Shown here: positions 45,851 through 48,949 of the stretch, piece after piece | Position numbering within the stretch: the first letter of the stretch is position 1 | How the letters are laid out: every line of letters begins with the position of its first letter | DNA from: Escherichia phage BEU51 | Length of the DNA stretch: 48,949 bases | Reading direction: 5' to 3' (one strand) | Sequence record: OM632672.1 | Program-made: the position numbers and the translations under genes | Notes under the pieces: model-generated | Database searches by the model: none | The model's input: the letters and a program-made list of their open reading frames with translations, nothing else | What the model was told of the DNA's origin: nothing

Positions 45851-45866
45851 TGTATTATGGTAGAAA

Positions 45867-47801
45867 TTAACGAGGAAATATATCAGGGATACCCAATCGA
45901 CGTCCGGCATCTCTGCCTAAACTTCTCCGGTTTGCCTCGCTCTCTTCCTGTTTAATATTTTGTAGGCTCTTAATATCCAAATTCTGAGGGTCAGCAGCTA
46001 CAGCACTACGAGCACCATCAAGAAGACGTTTAGCAGTATTAACTCGCTCCTGATAGCGAGGTAGTACACTTCTAAGGTTTTCCTGACCGGTCTGAATACG
46101 ACGCTGTACTTCACGTAAATCAGCAAGTGCAGTATCTAACGTATTCTGTGCTGCATAGATGTTTGATTGAATTTGTGCAGTAAGCTGATTACGAGCATTC
46201 TGTTCAATAGCAGTACCAGTAGTTGCAAGTTTTGCATTTGCTTCTACGGCTGCTTTATCCAGTTGGTAATCACCACCCAAATCAATAACATCAGTATCAA
46301 AGGCATTTCGAATACCACTAAACCATCCCTCTGGTTTACCAGTGATACTGCGTTGAATGATTGCTCCTGCCATAGCGGGAGAAATAGCATTCTGTTTTGC
46401 TACCTCATTGATTTGTCGAACCAGTGCACCTTGGTTAATGCCTTTCAGTTCATTGTTATCAATAATACGTTTAGCCACCTGACCAGTCGTAGAAGGGTCA
46501 ACAGTAGCAGCTTGGTATTCAGGCAGCAGAGTATTACCAATATTCTGCATATTACGAGTACCAACAGTATTACCAGCAACAGAAGTGAATGCTTGTTCCT
46601 GTAATGGATTAATAGAATTACCTGTTTCTGCTTGAGCAATGTAATCCTTCATTTCATCCCATGACAGGTTCTTATAAGCACCCGGAGTATCATCTGGTAA
46701 AGCAGCCCATGTACTCTTCAGATTGCCATTCTTACGAGCATTAAAAATAGCTTCACCCAGTTTGTCTTGGTTCTCCGGAGACATAGGGATGTTCTGCCAA
46801 TCTTCACCAAATACCTTTGGAGCAAAGTCTTTAAGGGTATCTTGGTTAATCTGGTATGCACCAACAGGAGAAGCACCTAGTGTCTTCTTCATAGTGTCTT
46901 GATGCTGAACCACCTGACCTAAGTTCATCTGAGTAATAGGTACATCAGTTGGTGTGAACTTATAGGTAGTGTCATATGCAGAACCATTCCGAGTACCCTG
47001 AGTACCAGGAGGAGATAGAGATGCAGAACCAGTTCCCGGAGTATATGCACCTGGGTATGCTCTATCTAACTGAGATAGTGCACGACTTACTGCTCCTGGT
47101 GACATTTGGTCGAACGTACCCTCTGCAAGCATACGAGCATCGTCAGCACTGTATGCACCACGACGAATATTATTCAGTAACTGCATAGCAGCCTGAGTAT
47201 CCGCATCGTTACGCATATCAACACCTAAGTTGAATAAGCTGCGACGTTGACCAATACCAGCAGTACCCTGTCCTTGAAGGTTGTTCATGTAGTCCATAAC
47301 AACACCAGCAGGAAGGGTTTTTAATACGTCTCCATACTGAGCCTGTGCTGCCTGAACCTTTCTTGGGTCACCAGATTGATAAGCCAGAGCCAATTCCTGC
47401 AATGCAGGAGCAGCAGCATCAGTAGCTGCATTTACCTTCATGGTTCTGTCATTACTGTATCGAGTGAAATCCAGATTTTGTTGTTTAGATGCTTGGTCTA
47501 ACAGATTGCCAGCACGATTATCTAAGTTCTCCATAGTACGAGAAGAAATTAGAGAAGGGTCATAGCCAGCAAATAATGCTCCAGAAGCTAAGGCATTACG
47601 ATACTCATTAGGGTCTTGGTAACGCATGGCTTCAGCCATAATTGCATCACCAGCTTGCTGTCTTGCAGAGTCTCGAAAATCACCTAATGCATTACTCAAT
47701 CCGGCAGTGGCATTACCCAGCATATTGGAGAAAGTACGAATACTATCCCCAACACCAGAGAAAGAAGGAGCATCAACATTACGCCATGTAATTTGAGCCA
47801 T
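45867..47801 (-). CDS. late protein upstream of vRNAP (644 aa), probable virion component
   Basis: Track ORF with AAGAGG RBS 8 nt upstream on the minus strand; Gln/Asn/Ala-rich; function not assignable. Confidence 0.6.
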   Translation of the reverse strand: MAQITWRNVDAPSFSGVGDSIRTFSNMLGNATAGLSNALGDFRDSARQQAGDAIMAEAMRYQDPNEYRNALASGALFAGYDPSLISSRTMENLDNRAGNLLDQASKQQNLDFTRYSNDRTMKVNAATDAAAPALQELALAYQSGDPRKVQAAQAQYGDVLKTLPAGVVMDYMNNLQGQGTAGIGQRRSLFNLGVDMRNDADTQAAMQLLNNIRRGAYSADDARMLAEGTFDQMSPGAVSRALSQLDRAYPGAYTPGTGSASLSPPGTQGTRNGSAYDTTYKFTPTDVPITQMNLGQVVQHQDTMKKTLGASPVGAYQINQDTLKDFAPKVFGEDWQNIPMSPENQDKLGEAIFNARKNGNLKSTWAALPDDTPGAYKNLSWDEMKDYIAQAETGNSINPLQEQAFTSVAGNTVGTRNMQNIGNTLLPEYQAATVDPSTTGQVAKRIIDNNELKGINQGALVRQINEVAKQNAISPAMAGAIIQRSITGKPEGWFSGIRNAFDTDVIDLGGDYQLDKAAVEANAKLATTGTAIEQNARNQLTAQIQSNIYAAQNTLDTALADLREVQRRIQTGQENLRSVLPRYQERVNTAKRLLDGARSAVAADPQNLDIKSLQNIKQEESEANRRSLGRDAGRRLGIPDIFPR

Positions 47802-47811
47802 GTGATACCTC

Positions 47812-48264
47812 TTAACGAGTTAAGCGATTAGCTGCAATGTAAGCATCAGCCGTAGATTGGTCACGATTTTCTGCAACAGCACGACTACGAGCACGGTCTT
47901 CCAGAGCAGTGTTATAGGACTTAATCTGGTTATTCAGATTAGTGTTAGTAACATCTTTAGCAAAAGAGAACTGACTCTTAGCTAACTTGTTAGCCTGTAA
48001 TGCACCATAGATATTACCCAGTGCGTTAAGACCACCTAACCCCAACTGGAAGGTAGGAATGTTCAGACCCAGTTGGTCAGTAAGCCCTTGAGTCTGCCCA
48101 CCGGTATTCCCTGTAGCACCACCAGTAATATTCTGAAGCCAATCATTACTAAGGATGCCGGATTGCATAGGGTTATAGTTCATGGTTGGGGTATTAAAGG
48201 AACCATACCCATAGCCAAAATTGCTTTGTGCAGATGGGGTTCCAAAAAGGAAATTAGTATCCAT
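47812..48264 (-). CDS. Gly/Asn-rich late protein (150 aa)
   Basis: Track ORF with AGGAGA RBS; low-complexity Gly/Thr/Asn-rich N-terminal half. Confidence 0.55.
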   Translation of the reverse strand: MDTNFLFGTPSAQSNFGYGYGSFNTPTMNYNPMQSGILSNDWLQNITGGATGNTGGQTQGLTDQLGLNIPTFQLGLGGLNALGNIYGALQANKLAKSQFSFAKDVTNTNLNNQIKSYNTALEDRARSRAVAENRDQSTADAYIAANRLTR

Positions 48265-48277
48265 AAGGATTCTCCTG

Positions 48278-48949
48278 TTACGTATCTAAATCAAGCTGCA
48301 ACGTTATATCTGCAAAGTTGGTAATCATGTTGTTAGACATGTCAGCTATATCATGACCAGTCATAAGAGTACGGTTAAGGAATGAATCCAATGGCTCAAA
48401 TTGTTGGCCTACATTAGTTAGGTTCATTGGGTCAATGTAACCCATGCCCTCAGTGCCAAACATTTCCTCGTACTTTTCCTGAATGGTTTTCATCTGGTCA
48501 CGGTACTCTGCCATAAGTTTCTCTGTCTTTTTGACAGTTTCCATAGCAGAAGCATTGATGTAATCACTTATGCCATTTCCTACAGATGAAGTGAGTTTAA
48601 TGATGTTATCTGCTTTCATCATTTCACCCAGCATCGTAGACATGGATGAACCAGTGGATAAAGCTGTACCAACATTCATGGCTACCATAGAGGCAATGGT
48701 AGCAACAATGATTCCAATCTTATCCCCAAGCAGACTAACAGAGACTGTTTGAATAATGGACATCAGAATCATAGCTGCAATGGCATTAGCCACAGCCCCA
48801 ACGATAATAGCAGCTAACCCTGCAAAACCTAATGCAGCACCAATAGAAGCAGCAGTACCCATTACCCCAGCACCAGCAGCAGGAGTAAAGAACACAGACA
48901 CTACTACTGCAACAACAACCACTACTACTTTAAAGATGCCAGACTGATA
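48278..48949 (-). CDS. hydrophobic late protein, 5' end truncated by the window edge
   Basis: Reading frame stays open from 48922 to 48949; N-terminal part extremely hydrophobic (VVVAVVVSVFF...AAIIVGAVANAIAAMILM). Confidence 0.5.
   Translation of the reverse strand, partial: YQSGIFKVVVVVVAVVVSVFFTPAAGAGVMGTAASIGAALGFAGLAAIIVGAVANAIAAMILMSIIQTVSVSLLGDKIGIIVATIASMVAMNVGTALSTGSSMSTMLGEMMKADNIIKLTSSVGNGISDYINASAMETVKKTEKLMAEYRDQMKTIQEKYEEMFGTEGMGYIDPMNLTNVGQQFEPLDSFLNRTLMTGHDIADMSNNMITNFADITLQLDLDT

Noticed and set aside
37667-45863. Numerous 60-145-aa plus-strand ORFs inside the vRNAP gene (e.g. 38891..39277, 43121..43537, 46167..46604)
   Set aside because: They are embedded antisense to long, motif-supported minus-strand genes and show low-complexity composition; treated as spurious.
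45867-47801. Lytic transglycosylase or lysozyme domain in the 644-aa late protein
   Set aside because: A segment (ASPVGAYQINQDT) loosely resembles the SLT G.MQ region, but no catalytic Glu-Ser pair or other signature was found; insufficient support.
1-48949. CRISPR arrays, integrase or attachment sites, rRNA genes
   Set aside because: No spaced direct repeats, no tyrosine or serine recombinase motifs and no rRNA-like sequence were seen; the window looks like a strictly lytic phage genome segment.
1-48949. Identity with Escherichia phage N4 itself
   Set aside because: Gene order and several protein sizes match what is reported for N4, but the interrupted DNA polymerase and the tRNA cluster are not features I can attribute to N4, and no alignment could be run; called N4-like only.

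Overview
This 48.9-kb window reads as a contiguous segment of an N4-like podovirus (Schitoviridae-type) genome. Coordinates 1-35229 are a dense plus-strand array of early and middle genes; a convergent minus-strand late block begins at 35264. All calls are from motif reading by eye and gene context; no database search or folding program was run. The anchor is a 3500-aa minus-strand ORF (35264-45766) with T7-like RNA polymerase motifs, the hallmark virion RNA polymerase (vRNAP) of N4-like phages. Supporting this are a split T7-like RNAP II pair (7154-7963 and 8011-9225, 269 and 404 aa), a 265-aa SSB-sized ORF (31050-31847) and a replication module (RecD/Dda-like helicase, family-A DNA polymerase, PD-(D/E)xK nuclease, putative primase, P-loop ATPase, RuvC-like resolvase). 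Four canonical tRNAs (Asn-GTT, Ser-TGA, Thr-TGT, Pro-TGG) lie at 33193-33871. The observations most worth follow-up are: (1) the DNA polymerase gene is interrupted between motif A and motif B by an HNH endonuclease ORF; (2) the tRNA cluster is interleaved with three long inverted-repeat hairpins and two tRNA-like remnants; (3) a Gp49-like / DUF2829 (Tad2-family-like) gene pair sits immediately before the vRNAP; (4) three small 3-nt-loop hairpins followed by TT(T/A)TGG in the early region resemble N4 vRNAP hairpin promoters; (5) the 8-bp palindrome TTAATTAA occurs five times, each 13-26 nt upstream of a gene start. Accessory modules include a GHKL ATPase-domain protein at the window start, an SPFH lipoprotein, a MoxR-type AAA+ / VWA-metallopeptidase pair, a free-standing HNH endonuclease, dCTP deaminase-like and ThyX-like genes. 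No integrase, CRISPR array or rRNA was seen.
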